IMG/VR virus record: IMGVR_UViG_3300024303_000011
DNA length: 64,000 nucleotides
From: a virus
Lineage: Duplodnaviria; Heunggongvirae; Uroviricota; Caudoviricetes
Strand: one strand, 5' to 3'
Position 1 is the stretch's first letter, and each line of letters opens with the position of its first letter. Below, in pieces: positions 41,041 to 52,800 of the stretch. The position numbers and the translations under genes were made by a program. Under the pieces are notes generated by a model. The model made no database searches and was not told the origin of the DNA. It was given only the letters and a program-made list of their open reading frames with translations.

Positions 41041-43861
41041 CTAAATCACCGCCAATCTGTTGTGTATGTAAAGAAAATTTTTGCCCACAAAATTCAATAT
41101 CTCCATTGTCGTCCTTAACTGGAAAGTGTATTACATATCCGTTGTTTTTTAGAACATTATTGAAAATTTGTTCTCCGGCAACATCCCATACAAATGTTTT
41201 ATTTTTACTCGTTGTATAACACAAATCCACAACAATATTCGCTAGAACCTCAACATCAGGACACACTCTTGCACACTCGTCCATAAAAACGCCTTTTAAA
41301 TGCATAACGTCAAATCCAACTTCATCATCACCACATTCATTCTGTTTTCTTTGTTTTAAAACCAGTTGCATGTTTTTATTATACACATCATACAACGACT
41401 TAATGGAGTCATATTCTACTTGGGTATAACCAACACCGCTCTTTAAAACAGAATGGTCGAACTTAACACTCGGTAATACGTCAGTGGTGTTAAATTCATC
41501 CTCGATTCTCCAACAAATGCGGTTCATAGTTCCTGGAGATCTGCTAATAGGCATATATTTCTCGTAATTATATATAAAAAGACTTTCTTCCTCGGTTTTA
41601 TTTTCTGTCTCGTATAGTGCTTCCAGACTTTTGCCAAACCTAATTTTGCAGTTTGATCTAACAGCCTTCATGTATTTATCCAATTCGCTCTTTAACTGTG
41701 AATATCTATATATAAAAAACCAAGGCTTGATTTCGGCTGCTATATTTGTGTTTATTTGTTTTTCACAAATTGCAGCCTCATCATCTTCGTCTTCAATTTT
41801 AAACATCCTAGGATTCAGCCACTCCTTTGGAACCGGCTTTGCTACTACACCCTTAATACGATCTATAGCGTTCTGCTGATAGTTCATCATTGTGCTAATC
41901 CTGTAGGTTAACCGCTTATATTCTTCACTATCTGGATCAAATTGTTCTCGCAATGAAATCATATTCGTTGCTTTATTCGTAACACTTCCTATGGAGTCTC
42001 CAAATCCATTTATATCCGACCTAATATAATCTTCTTCCGTAGGAACAGTCTTCGGCACACTGTCCTGTAAGCACATCAGCGTTGTTTTATATTCAAAGCT
42101 ATCCAAAAGAACCTTGTTATTCGTCGTAAAAAACGTATCTGCATCATAATCCGCACCATTACATCTAATGGCCGTCGTATCCCAACCATTAAGCATGCAA
42201 CAGGTTGTTATATATTTAAACCATTTCTGGAGTTCTTCGTTGTTTGCAATCTTTAATTTGCATACATTTTCATGGCTTGTCATTGGGGCACGAAATGCTA
42301 TCACTTCGGGAACATTTTTATCCGACCAGTATTTATGATAACACTCTCCTGCCTTCAACAAACCAGTAGCATCCATGCCAAACATGCTCTGAAGAAGGAC
42401 ATATGGATCACATCCAATAATAGCATAATCACCCTCAACATCCAAAACGCCTATTTTAGCAGAATTAATTCTTTTCTGTATCATTCGACTAACTTTGGAT
42501 CGAACATATGGATCTTTAATGAGTTCTGGATTTGCCATAATTGCTTTACACATAGGGTCCATGTGGATTACACTTTTTTCATCAAGTCCAGTACCACACA
42601 TATAAAGAATAAGTTTTGTCCAATCAAGTCCAAGACATTCTTTGATTTTTGTTACCGTTGGCTCAATCAACTCATCTATTTGCGCATCAGTAAACTTAAA
42701 ATCCTGCAAATACTGATAATTTGTCGTATGTACATTACGAAGTTCGTGTGGCGCACTCTTAGCAATACAAAACTCATAGCCATTTTTTCTGCAGTTTGCA
42801 AGGTAATCATCACACCCGGCATACGAATTCCACAATTTAAGCATCGATATTGTAAGAATTACGTCCGCGTCTCTTACATCTCTTTCGTCTCCCCATGCGT
42901 CTTTAACAATATAAGTGTGCGCAATTTCTTCAGCAAATTGATGAAAATCAATGGTAAATACCATACCTTTCAAAAAAGCACACCGAACATTATATCCAGA
43001 AAGTGGCTCAGAACCTTCATTTAAGAACTCTGCCCACTTAGCACTCATTGCCGGTGAAATAAAACCCATGCCATCGCAAGTGTTAATTTTAATAGTTTTT
43101 TTAATATCATCAGTAACACTTGGCCAATCAGGATTGTCCTCATTTCCAGTATCTTTAACTTCTCGAACAACGGTCTCAAAGCTCGTTTCTGCATCATTAA
43201 TAACAATAATTCTAGGCCATGGTACCTGAATGCTTGCCGAGCATGCCAAAGCAAAATATGCATTCAGTTTTGCGGGAATAAACTTATAATTCAATGGCAT
43301 TCCATTATAGGTTACAACATCCTCGTTGTTCTTTGGCCCCTCATAGCGGCCATTATTTATCTTATCTATAAGCTTTCCATGAATGTTTTTATCAACGAAC
43401 ATAATTGTGCTTTTTTTGATAGACCCTGCGGTGCCAAGAAATCTTTTATATTCTACGGTTTCTTTCCGATACCCATAATCAATGGTAATCTTAAAACCAT
43501 GTTTGCACGCATATTTGTAATCTTTAGGAGAATCCATCACAAGCATCATATAATGAGGTTGAAACTGCAACTCATACAATTCATCATATTTTTGACTGAT
43601 TCTTCTTTTATTTTCCGGCGAGTTATCTTGTTTTTTCAAGTATTTAATTTCGCGTTTAATTTCCGAAGCTTTTAGATCTGCGTCCGGTTTACCAGTCAAC
43701 TCCGGCATCCATCTTAATACTTGCGATGAACCAAGGCTAACAACAAGTTGCGACTGTGTTCTGATTTCGCTCAACTTTAATGTTAAATGCCAATTATTTT
43801 TTGATAAATATCCAGTGTTAATTTTTAACACAAAAGTTTGATTTTTTTGCGATTTCGCCAT
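41024..43861 (-). CDS. yonO: YonO-like single-subunit (double-psi barrel) RNA polymerase
   Basis: DGMG, R..F.KGM, FRAP and GADYDAD motifs; SPbeta-like position upstream of HU/YonK/YonJ/terminase. Confidence 0.8.
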   Translation of the reverse strand: MAKSQKNQTFVLKINTGYLSKNNWHLTLKLSEIRTQSQLVVSLGSSQVLRWMPELTGKPDADLKASEIKREIKYLKKQDNSPENKRRISQKYDELYELQFQPHYMMLVMDSPKDYKYACKHGFKITIDYGYRKETVEYKRFLGTAGSIKKSTIMFVDKNIHGKLIDKINNGRYEGPKNNEDVVTYNGMPLNYKFIPAKLNAYFALACSASIQVPWPRIIVINDAETSFETVVREVKDTGNEDNPDWPSVTDDIKKTIKINTCDGMGFISPAMSAKWAEFLNEGSEPLSGYNVRCAFLKGMVFTIDFHQFAEEIAHTYIVKDAWGDERDVRDADVILTISMLKLWNSYAGCDDYLANCRKNGYEFCIAKSAPHELRNVHTTNYQYLQDFKFTDAQIDELIEPTVTKIKECLGLDWTKLILYMCGTGLDEKSVIHMDPMCKAIMANPELIKDPYVRSKVSRMIQKRINSAKIGVLDVEGDYAIIGCDPYVLLQSMFGMDATGLLKAGECYHKYWSDKNVPEVIAFRAPMTSHENVCKLKIANNEELQKWFKYITTCCMLNGWDTTAIRCNGADYDADTFFTTNNKVLLDSFEYKTTLMCLQDSVPKTVPTEEDYIRSDINGFGDSIGSVTNKATNMISLREQFDPDSEEYKRLTYRISTMMNYQQNAIDRIKGVVAKPVPKEWLNPRMFKIEDEDDEAAICEKQINTNIAAEIKPWFFIYRYSQLKSELDKYMKAVRSNCKIRFGKSLEALYETENKTEEESLFIYNYEKYMPISRSPGTMNRICWRIEDEFNTTDVLPSVKFDHSVLKSGVGYTQVEYDSIKSLYDVYNKNMQLVLKQRKQNECGDDEVGFDVMHLKGVFMDECARVCPDVEVLANIVVDLCYTTSKNKTFVWDVAGEQIFNNVLKNNGYVIHFPVKDDNGDIEFCGQKFSLHTQQIGGDLDVDFE

Positions 43862-43885
43862 ATTATCACCGCCATCTCTTGGTTA

Positions 43886-43954
43886 TTATGAAATCTTTTC
43901 AATTAGCCACAGTCCAAAACAGAAAAGCGGCAGGACAATAAATGAACCATACAT
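43886..43954 (-). CDS. 22-aa hydrophobic peptide
   Basis: GGGAGG RBS; MYGSFIVLPLFCFGLWLIEKIS*. Confidence 0.45.
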   Translation of the reverse strand: MYGSFIVLPLFCFGLWLIEKIS

Positions 43955-43990
43955 ATTGACTTCCTCCCTAAATCATTTTGTAGTGTTACT

Positions 43991-44018
43991 ATTATATCAT
44001 AATTTTCAAAAAAGTCAA
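43991..44018 (-). promoter_or_regulatory. SigmaA-type promoter of the RNAP operon
   Basis: TTGACT-16-TATAAT with extended -10 TG. Confidence 0.75.
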
Positions 44019-44046
44019 TATGTAATGGTGTTTATTTTCAAAATAT

Positions 44047-44346
44047 TTACAATTCTTCGTCTTCTGTGCCAATCAGATTTGTCAATTGCTTATCTGATAG
44101 CTGTTTCTTTTCTACGCTTCGAATAGTGATGGCGCGTCCTGGGGCCTCAAGCTGATACCCTGCTACACTGCCGTCCTCATATTCATATCTTACCATTGGA
44201 GTCCAGCCCTGTTTGAGCGCCTTGTTGAAATGAGATGGAACGACGCTATACATCCACCACTTCTTCTCAACATAATCATAATTTAATGCGGTTTCTTTCT
44301 CTGCAGAGCTCAGCCTGCCGCGCATTTTAACAACTTCCATTACCAT
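44047..44346 (-). CDS. Hypothetical protein
   Basis: ORF track; overlaps upstream gene. Confidence 0.6.
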   Translation of the reverse strand: MVMEVVKMRGRLSSAEKETALNYDYVEKKWWMYSVVPSHFNKALKQGWTPMVRYEYEDGSVAGYQLEAPGRAITIRSVEKKQLSDKQLTNLIGTEDEEL

Positions 44347-45106
44347 CCTCCAAAAACTCGTCTTCTAACACCAGCACATTGCACTTTCCGGAGTGCGCAG
44401 TGCAGGCATCGATGGCAATAAACCCGTCCCCATGATAAACATCAAATCTCGCGTCATCTCCAAACTCGCTGCGGCCTTCTGTCTTTGCCCACCCTGTACT
44501 GGAATGCCAGTGGCCAAATACAATAGTTTTGCCGGTTTGATTGAGACCTTGCTCTGCCATATCAAACGGATTTCCCCACATGGCCGTGTCCCACTGTTTG
44601 CCGGTCGCCTCTCTCCAAAGAGGATCGAACACAAATTTTCTATCATTCGTGTAATGTGCGGGTAAATTGTCTTTTTTAATAAGTGGAATCCAGCTGTGCA
44701 CAAAAATATGATTCTTTGTTTCGAAATAAGTCACCATATCGCGGCGATATTTCCTTGTTCTGTTGAGGGCGCGTTCACAACACAGATCAAACTCACTATC
44801 AAGATTATAATTTCCAACACACAACACGGTATCTAGTGTTCCATTGCTATTGTCATACCATCCAGGCGCACAACGATAGCACAATTCTTCGAACAACTGC
44901 ATGTGATTGCCGCGAATAATAACCTTTCTTTCAAGGCCGCTAAAGAATTTCATAACGGCGATTGGATTTGGTCCGCGATCCCATTCGTCTCCGCAAGATA
45001 TCAACCAGTGATCCGGATTATCTTTTTGAAATCCAGCGTCGTCAAGTGCCGCAATCATTTCGTCATAAAAACCATGCACATCTGAGACGCAAAACAACTT
45101 AGGCAT
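44327..45106 (-). CDS. Ser/Thr phosphatase-family metallophosphoesterase
   Basis: SDVHG, GDEWDRG, RGNH, FVH, FGHW motifs. Confidence 0.85.
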   Translation of the reverse strand: MPKLFCVSDVHGFYDEMIAALDDAGFQKDNPDHWLISCGDEWDRGPNPIAVMKFFSGLERKVIIRGNHMQLFEELCYRCAPGWYDNSNGTLDTVLCVGNYNLDSEFDLCCERALNRTRKYRRDMVTYFETKNHIFVHSWIPLIKKDNLPAHYTNDRKFVFDPLWREATGKQWDTAMWGNPFDMAEQGLNQTGKTIVFGHWHSSTGWAKTEGRSEFGDDARFDVYHGDGFIAIDACTAHSGKCNVLVLEDEFLEDGNGSC

Positions 45107-45120
45107 TCATATCACTCCCT

Positions 45121-45489
45121 TTAATTTACAAAGTTTTCTGCATCCATTGTAATATACCAAATATTATTAGTATTTGAAAGTGCAGATTTCCAAGGGTGAA
45201 CACACGTAAAATTATGCATCAGCTCGTCCGTAAGAAAACAATATTTAACACTATCATCAGGATTATACTGAAGAATACTAGCGGCAGATTTTACGGGGCA
45301 CATCTCGTGCATTTCTGCCATCCATCTGTTATCAAAATGATTCTTAAATTTGTCGCTTCCAATATAGACGAGCTCATATCCTGCTTCCTTCGCCTCAATT
45401 GCACGATTAACAAGCCACTTAGTCTTGCCTTCTCCACGGTTTGCTCTAAAAATCTTTACGTTCATAATTAAGTCCTCCAATATACCCAA
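45121..45489 (-). CDS. Small protein with P-loop-like motif
   Basis: ANRGEGKT ... FLTDE. Confidence 0.5.
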   Translation of the reverse strand: MGILEDLIMNVKIFRANRGEGKTKWLVNRAIEAKEAGYELVYIGSDKFKNHFDNRWMAEMHEMCPVKSAASILQYNPDDSVKYCFLTDELMHNFTCVHPWKSALSNTNNIWYITMDAENFVN

Positions 45490-45529
45490 TCGGGTGTAAT
45501 TAATATAATTTAAAGTGTTTTATACCCTT

Positions 45530-46303
45530 TCAGGTATTGTTTCTGAAAGTATTTTCGACGTAATCTCTGTCCTGCGTAAAAATGGGGATCTCCTTATCCA
45601 GCTTCCATTCACCATCAACTCTACGGCAACACACACCACGCTTAAATTCTGTTGTCATATCATTAAAATTAATATTCTTCTGCATCATCAGCATTTCCTG
45701 AATGTCATTGCAAGACTTGCCTTGCAGCTCTTTATGCGAGAAATTGCACTGGCCGAGCATCTGAATAGCGTTACGAGTTGCATCCTGCTGACGCCAGATA
45801 AAACAGTTGGTAACTTCTTCTACCGGAATATTGAAGCAGCGGGAGTCGAACATTGCAATTCCAAATTTATTAAAAAGAGTTTCTGTATAACCCGCTGGCT
45901 CCTCCTTGGCAAAAGTAAATATGTCATGATAATATTTCTGGAAAAACTTATTAAATGCCATTGTTGCCATGCTTGCCGAAACGCTGCAGATCTTCTGCAC
46001 ATTGTTATCAAACCAAGCATCAGTGGTAAGAGTGTCGTAATCAGTAAGAAGCAGAGTGATCTCATCTGACTGAGTATAACCAAGCTTACAGCCCTGTATG
46101 TTCTCACACATATACTTCATAGTTGCATTCATAGTATCGTGCAAAAGCTCATCATAAGGTTTCTTAAACCCTTTGGTGAAAGTGTGAAATGCCTTACCAT
46201 CAAGTCTAATAATCACGGGCATCCGACGCACAAGATAAGTCTTGGCGCGGTTCTCGTAGTTCTCTTTCATTCGGTCGCCAAGCGAATCATTCTTATTGCT
46301 CAT
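45530..46303 (-). CDS. thg1: tRNA(His) guanylyltransferase Thg1-like protein
   Basis: IRLDGKAFHTFT, YTQSDEI, FDSR, WRQQDA.RN motifs. Confidence 0.9.
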   Translation of the reverse strand: MSNKNDSLGDRMKENYENRAKTYLVRRMPVIIRLDGKAFHTFTKGFKKPYDELLHDTMNATMKYMCENIQGCKLGYTQSDEITLLLTDYDTLTTDAWFDNNVQKICSVSASMATMAFNKFFQKYYHDIFTFAKEEPAGYTETLFNKFGIAMFDSRCFNIPVEEVTNCFIWRQQDATRNAIQMLGQCNFSHKELQGKSCNDIQEMLMMQKNINFNDMTTEFKRGVCCRRVDGEWKLDKEIPIFTQDRDYVENTFRNNT

Positions 46304-46692
46304 TGTTCTATCTCCTTTATCATATCTTTTGCAACACTGTTTATCATATCTTCAGTTACGAAAAAATCATCCCACGGGAATTCAGGCTTTATTTTAATCG
46401 CAAGCAATCTCTCTTCAAAATCTTTGATTATCTCTTGCTTTGCACAATCGCACTCATAAATAAGGTTTTCTACCGTTTCCATAAGTTTGTTATTATGTGA
46501 CTCCAGCCTCTCAATCTCTGCCTTTTGGCGGTTGGTAAGGTTTAAGGAGTGATAAGCTAAAAGATTTTGACACACAGTTAAAGGTGTTTCATACATTGGG
46601 CACTCGCTACATCTTTCGCCATGTTGCTTATTGTCTAACAAACAGCACTCCAGCGCTTTTACAATCTCATTATCTTTCATAGTTCTCCACAC
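46300..46692 (-). CDS. Hypothetical protein
   Basis: EIVKALECC...C..CP...NRQKAEIERL pattern common in gut phages. Confidence 0.65.
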   Translation of the reverse strand: MWRTMKDNEIVKALECCLLDNKQHGERCSECPMYETPLTVCQNLLAYHSLNLTNRQKAEIERLESHNNKLMETVENLIYECDCAKQEIIKDFEERLLAIKIKPEFPWDDFFVTEDMINSVAKDMIKEIEQ

Positions 46693-46921
46693 CTTCTATA
46701 ATCCGTTTTATTGTCTCTGGCTGCGCCAATATACATCCGTTCGCAATAATAATATTTTCATAATCTGGAACTTCCTTATACCCATATCGCTTCAGCCACT
46801 TTTTGTTGATTCGCTTCTTACGATGCCTTCTGATCGGAATCTTTTTTATGACTGCGGTAGTTGCAATGAGTTTCATACCATAAAAGTAACTATTACCCTC
46901 AAACTGCTCAAAAACACTCAT
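46670..46921 (-). CDS. Hypothetical protein
   Basis: RRHRKKRINKKWLKRYG motif. Confidence 0.6.
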   Translation of the reverse strand: MSVFEQFEGNSYFYGMKLIATTAVIKKIPIRRHRKKRINKKWLKRYGYKEVPDYENIIIANGCILAQPETIKRIIEGVENYER

Positions 46922-47196
46922 GTTTCCACTCCGTCCATCTTCGCGCCGCAGTTCGGGCAATAATTCGGCGGCGTTTTATCTCTCGCTTTTGTAGCGTATC
47001 CATCGTCACAGAACGGACAATCATAATGCCATCCGCCAAAAGAAAAGTGTTCCACCCACGCCCCGTGCATTACCTCCACCACATCGGCAGCGGGGGCATG
47101 GTCTACTTCGTAATAAACATTACCTTTGCCATCGTGCCAACATGAGTGCCCGTCATTCTTCAAAGCGTTACGCTCGATATATTCCTTTTTAGCCAT
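46918..47196 (-). CDS. Zn-ribbon protein
   Basis: ADVVEVMHGAW...CPFC...YCPNCGAKMD. Confidence 0.7.
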   Translation of the reverse strand: MAKKEYIERNALKNDGHSCWHDGKGNVYYEVDHAPAADVVEVMHGAWVEHFSFGGWHYDCPFCDDGYATKARDKTPPNYCPNCGAKMDGVET

Positions 47197-47566
47197 TGTC
47201 AGATTCTCCATCCATTTTAGCACCACAGTACCAGCAATATCTGCCCTTAATGGCGGTGTGATGGTTCTCGTCTTTTCCGCAATTAGAACAAGTAAAATAC
47301 TTGCCAACAACATTGCGCTTCTCAATCCATTTCGCATGTACAACCACCGCCACATCGGCTTTACCACCAAACGGAATTCCGGCATCCTTCAGCTGCTCCA
47401 TCGCCACATCCCGTTCCCATTTAACCTGTTCATATGCTGCTTTTGAAACTATGTCGGCCTCGTCTTTATAAGCAGTACATTCAACAATAGGATTCTTGTG
47501 CGGGGTTACAAGCTTTTGGCAGTTATTCTTATATAAACAACTGTCACATTTCCATTCCTCAGCCAT
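47189..47566 (-). CDS. Zn-ribbon protein
   Basis: ADVAVVVHAKW...CSNC...YCWYCGAKMD. Confidence 0.7.
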   Translation of the reverse strand: MAEEWKCDSCLYKNNCQKLVTPHKNPIVECTAYKDEADIVSKAAYEQVKWERDVAMEQLKDAGIPFGGKADVAVVVHAKWIEKRNVVGKYFTCSNCGKDENHHTAIKGRYCWYCGAKMDGESDNG

Positions 47567-49664
47567 TACTTTTCACCCTTCCACCACTTCTTGAAGTCAA
47601 ATATATTACTATAACTAACCAAATAAATACCGCTTGTACACTTATCATTCAGCATTCCAAATACATCATTCATATGCTCAGAATCTTTAAACACGCAAAC
47701 AACATATGTGCTAATATCAAAATGGCTTTCATACATTTTTTCGATTTTTGCATCATTGTCCAATAGAATCTTCACAACCTTAGAATGACAATAACTGCTA
47801 TATTTAAATTTTGCTTTAACCATATACTATCACCAATCACTTTGTACTGTTAATAGGACACGTAGTAATGCCGCGCTCTTTTAGATACTGAATACACTTT
47901 TCTGCAGGAAACTGCTTCATAATATACCACAAACTCGCATCCTTATTTTCAGTATATACTCGTTTATATGTAAATGTCTCAAAATCCTTCTGACTGAACG
48001 CATCATAGGGTCCATAATATGAGTCTACATTACTACAAGTGAAATACGGAATTTTCCTAACCAATGTTTTCTCTAGATAAAAACCACATAGATTCTTAAC
48101 CTTCAGGTAATCCATAACATCCTGCCAGCTCCAGGAATCGAAGATAATTTCTTCATTAGGTAATCCATCTCGGTCTTCCATAAGTTCCCCTGTACCGCCG
48201 ACTTTAATCCAATCGCCTGTGTTATTGAGTCGATAATAATAAGTTGTCTCATATACTTTAAGCATGTTTAGTCCTCCTTGTTGAATATTTTTTCTAACCA
48301 ATATACTTCGTTCTGAAGAAATCCCTTCATGCGTCTCCGAGGAAACATTGCCTTAATGCACGTAGTTCCAAATCCGCATTTTGTGCCGCCATCATATACC
48401 AGCCAAACTTGACCGTGCCACACATTGACTTTGTCTTTGAAGAAATTTTTTAGCGTGCGCTGTTCATATGTCCAAAATGGAGAGCGATGATATTCGATTA
48501 TATAATTTCGTCCGCTCTGTGCTTTAAGTTTGATCGTTTTAGCACGATAAACGAATCTATAAAAGGCGTTGGTTAGTTTTTCCATTTTGTGTCTCCACGA
48601 TCCACTTGTTATAAGCCTCGACAAATAATTCTTTGGTTAGTAAGCAGTGATATGCAGAAGCAACGCCTTCTTGTGTATATTCGTGAAATGGAACATATAT
48701 CCCATTGTCATCAACATAAGAGTTATTTTTAACATATTTTACATCGATAAATCCATCCATAACTTCCATGCCGCACCTCACAGGCTGTCTTTATACTCAG
48801 TGAAGTACCAAACAAGCTCATCTGCAAAAGCAGTAGCAGCACTCCATGCGGTTTCTTTTGTGTCAAAATGAATAGAGCCAAGACTTTTGTGAATTTGATT
48901 GTCGCTCACGTAAATTTCCTCATCCTTATGGTCATAATATATGTAATATTTGTTTTGACCACTATTGGTCCAATTGAGAGGGCTTGCTCTATGCTCTACG
49001 GCAAACCTTCTCATCTTGCGCATTAGCTTGTCGGCACGAGCATTGTTTTCGGCAACAGTTTTATCGGAATAATAGTTTGCGTTCTTATATGAACTATCGT
49101 CATCCTTACAATAACGATCCTCAACAGGTTCTACAGACCCGTCATACTCTTCGTAATAATAGTAAGATGAATTTTCAACCCTCTCGTACCCAGTCTTCTT
49201 CTGACTAGACATAACTTTCTCAAGATCCTCTTCTGAGATATCTGCTTCGACCTCGATGTTATTAAGAAATAGCTTTACTTTCATTTTATTTCTCCTTACT
49301 TTAACTTTCTGCCGCAATTCCGGCAATAATTGTCACCAAGAGACTCCCAACCCGTCATAACGCCATCCTTAAGCGATTCGCAATCTTCACAGTGCGAGTG
49401 AGGCATTTTACTATCTACCTGTCCGTAGTAGCAGTTATCGCAACCCTGGTGGCCATCACAGAGATGGCAAATCTTCGCTGCCTTCTTACGAACCTCAGGA
49501 TAGAAGTCGCACTTAGTTTCATCACCACCGCAACCACACACATCTCTTTCTTTAGTACCATTGCAAATGCCTACGTCAACATCGTGTCCAATAGGCTGGC
49601 CAGTAAGTTGATGATAAGTATATCGTCTTCGTTTAATTACTTCATAACGGTCGCACTTTTTCAT
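47566..49664 (-). other. Run of six small hypothetical CDSs (approx. 47566-47823, 47837-48265, 48268-48585, 48557-48781, 48778-49284, 49296-49664)
   Basis: Contiguous or overlapping minus-strand ORFs with RBSs; no family recognised. Confidence 0.6.
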
Positions 49665-49695
49665 AAATGCCTCCAAATCATTCTGTGGTGTAATT

Positions 49696-49724
49696 AGTAT
49701 AGCATAGTTGATAATCATTGTCAA
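49696..49724 (-). promoter_or_regulatory. SigmaA-type promoter
   Basis: TTGACA-17-TATACT with extended -10 TG. Confidence 0.8.
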
Positions 49725-49887
49725 TAGATGTGTAAAAATGTTTACAATTGGTTTACAATTTTTCTGCTAAATAATGCGCGATTTTGAGGATGTTTTATGT
49801 TGGAGGACCAGTTGGTAGGGTATTGGTGGGTTATATTGAGATTTGCTTAAGTAGTTGCGAGTTTTTGAGATAAAAATAAGGTTTATT

Positions 49888-52800
49888 TCACTTATCTCTT
49901 TCTCCTCGAACAATTAGGGTTGAAATTTCTCCGTTCACAAATACTTTTCCTGCCAGATGCTTCGATCCAGAAGATATTTCAACAATATTGTCTTCTTTGT
50001 CATAAATCAAGTCAGATTTTTCGACCATTATAACAACATTCTGCTTGCTATGATCAAATGTAATTACTGCCATGTTAGTTCTCCTTGCCCAGAATATACT
50101 GTCTTAATTCCCCAAAGCGAATACAACGAATCATCTCATTAGGTCTCGTTGCTATGGTATTCATACACTTGCCGCAAGAATTACACGTAAAACAACCTAC
50201 TGGTACCAAAGTATTTGGCTGCGGTTCGGACTTTCGTACCGTGTTAATCTTATATTTTTCATCGGACTTCTGGTTACTTTCGTAAATTTCCAGCATCTGT
50301 TCAGCAAGATCTCGGTCTGTTACGACCGTAAGCACTTGTTCTTGGAAGACGCCGATGCGCGGAGTATGTTTTTCTTCTTTACATTTTACAATTTCATAAA
50401 GTTCCATGTTAGTTCTCCTTGTAATCAAATTCTTCTAGAATGTCATCGATAAGACTCTTAATTTCTTCTGGTGCGTCGGCATACTTTTTTTGTGAGGCAA
50501 GAATCATCAGCAGATCCTTTTTAGTAAACGAGCCATCATCCCGCATTCCCTTAATCATAACCTTCAATTGGTTGATTGCTCCAAGATAATATATGGATTG
50601 ATAACCTCTTTCATCCCACAGCTTACGATATATGTTATTCAAAATTGCGTCCGATGCAAGATCTGATTTTGTTTTTTTAATAAAATTATATTTATAAAAG
50701 TCATCCAGCATGTTGGTTCTCCTTTTTCTTATTACAGTGTGGACAGTTCATGATTGCCACCACCGCTTCTTTTCTTGTTTATTATACTCTCTAATGCATA
50801 TATCAACAGTGATTGCAAACCCGCAAACAGGACATTTAATCTGCTTGAAATGCTCTGTTCTATCCGTATAAATATCTGAGTATTCGTATATGTCATTCAA
50901 TTCATATTCAAGCTTGGAGTCACAAAACTCACAGGTGGCGGTTTTAGGGTAACCTTCGCCGTATTTTAGAATTTTCATTTGATTATTCATCTCCTAACAA
51001 ATACTTCTGAAACCCATAGCTGTTATGTGGTATTTTCAAAGTATCAAGCATGCGTAGCTGTTCGTCGGTCATATGCTTCTTTCGTCCCATAGCTATTGCA
51101 TACTGTCCGCCATGGAATGGATCACAATAAATACACAACCAACCCTTATCGTACAAATACTCTTGTGGACGATCAATCTTTTCAAGTTTGCCAACGATCT
51201 CTCTCTCAAGAGTAGAATGCCCAAAATACTCACAATGGAAGTATCTACCGTCTGGACTAATATAACCATACTTGCTATCAGATGGTTTTGACTCTCTTTT
51301 CAGTTTTGGTTCTTTGTAATAGGCATCCGGGCTATTAATATTATTGATTTCGTCCCAAAATGTATATACGCTTACATGTTTGTCGCCTTTATGGTATTTG
51401 CTATCAATCCAGTGGCAAAGTGTCATTTTAGAAATGAATATTGCTCCTGGATGTACTCGCTTTTCGAGGAGTAATTTTTCAAGCAACGAGCCATATTGGG
51501 ATTCTGGAATAATCTCGAATGATTTGCGACCCTTATGGACCCAACCTACGAAAAGAGATGGTCTTTCTTTTTGTTTCATTTGACATACTCCTTAGATTGT
51601 AAATTCTTTACCACAGTTCAAACACTGGCAATGAGTTGTCCTTGTGTTGCGATCCGGGTTAATGTTTACACCGTCCTTGTAAATAGGCGGATAGTAGACA
51701 CAGGTTGAATTGCTATACAGTACCGTGTAGTAACTTTCTCCGCAGTAAGGACACTTGACGTCTGGAGTAGTACATGTTGTTACGGATTCGGTCGCAACAG
51801 TTAGATCTTCGGCAGTACATAAGCCTGTGACGAAGGTGCAATTTTCTATTGGTATAGTTGCATTTGGTTTTGGCATGAGATCAGATGCATTGAGAAAATC
51901 AATGATCTCGTTGACTTTGACGGTAATATCTCTGATACCAATTAGTTCTGCATATGTACCGTCAGCGGATGTGCGATATTCGTTAAGTTTTTCAATCATT
52001 TTGTATTCTCCAATCCATAAGTATCTTTAGTATCAAGAGGTGGCAGATTTCCAGACTTAATGTCATCTATAAACTTATGCGCACGACTCTTTGATGTTGG
52101 AATAGATACAGGCTCGCCACCGATCTTCTTATCACATTTCTTATCCCACTTGGAGCACCAGCCGCAGGGTGTTTCGTAAAGACAAGAATTCTTTTCAGAC
52201 TGAACGCTTGAACCTGTATTCGGAGGATTAGCTTTTGCTACGGTAGCAGGCGGGATATAGTTTGGATTTGGTTTTATTGCCGGAGGCGGAGTCGGGCATC
52301 TGTATTCAGGTGTTTGAACCCCTGTTTTCTTTTTGTGTTTAAACATCGTGTCAATTCTCCTCATCAAAAAATGCTTCTAGAAGTCCCAAAATTTTTCCAA
52401 CCCAGAACGCGCCGAACACCGTCCACCAGATTGGGTTTGCGAGATTATAGTCTTCGATCCACAATATGGGAATGATAGGTACAAAGATTGAGATTAAAAG
52501 TCTTATGTGTTTCATTAGTTCTTCCTCCTACAACCGTGTTCGATAAGTTCTTTGGTGAGTTTTTCTTTTTTTATTCTAAGTTCCTCAAGTCTTACAATTC
52601 CACAAATACTTGTATTTAGGGCGGCAAGTTTATCATATCTTTCTAAAAGGTCTAATACTCTATCAAGTCTCGTCATCGCTCTTTCTCCTTTACTGTATAA
52701 ATCTTGCCTTCTTGGTCTAGGATCTCATAATGATCAACAAACTCAGACATTAATACAGAGTCGTCAAATATTACTTTATATTTAACATAATCAACACTAT

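Noticed and set aside
32722..43861. Inteins or further introns in TerL or the RNAP
   Set aside because: ORFs are continuous, with no C...HN intein ends or LAGLIDADG motifs seen
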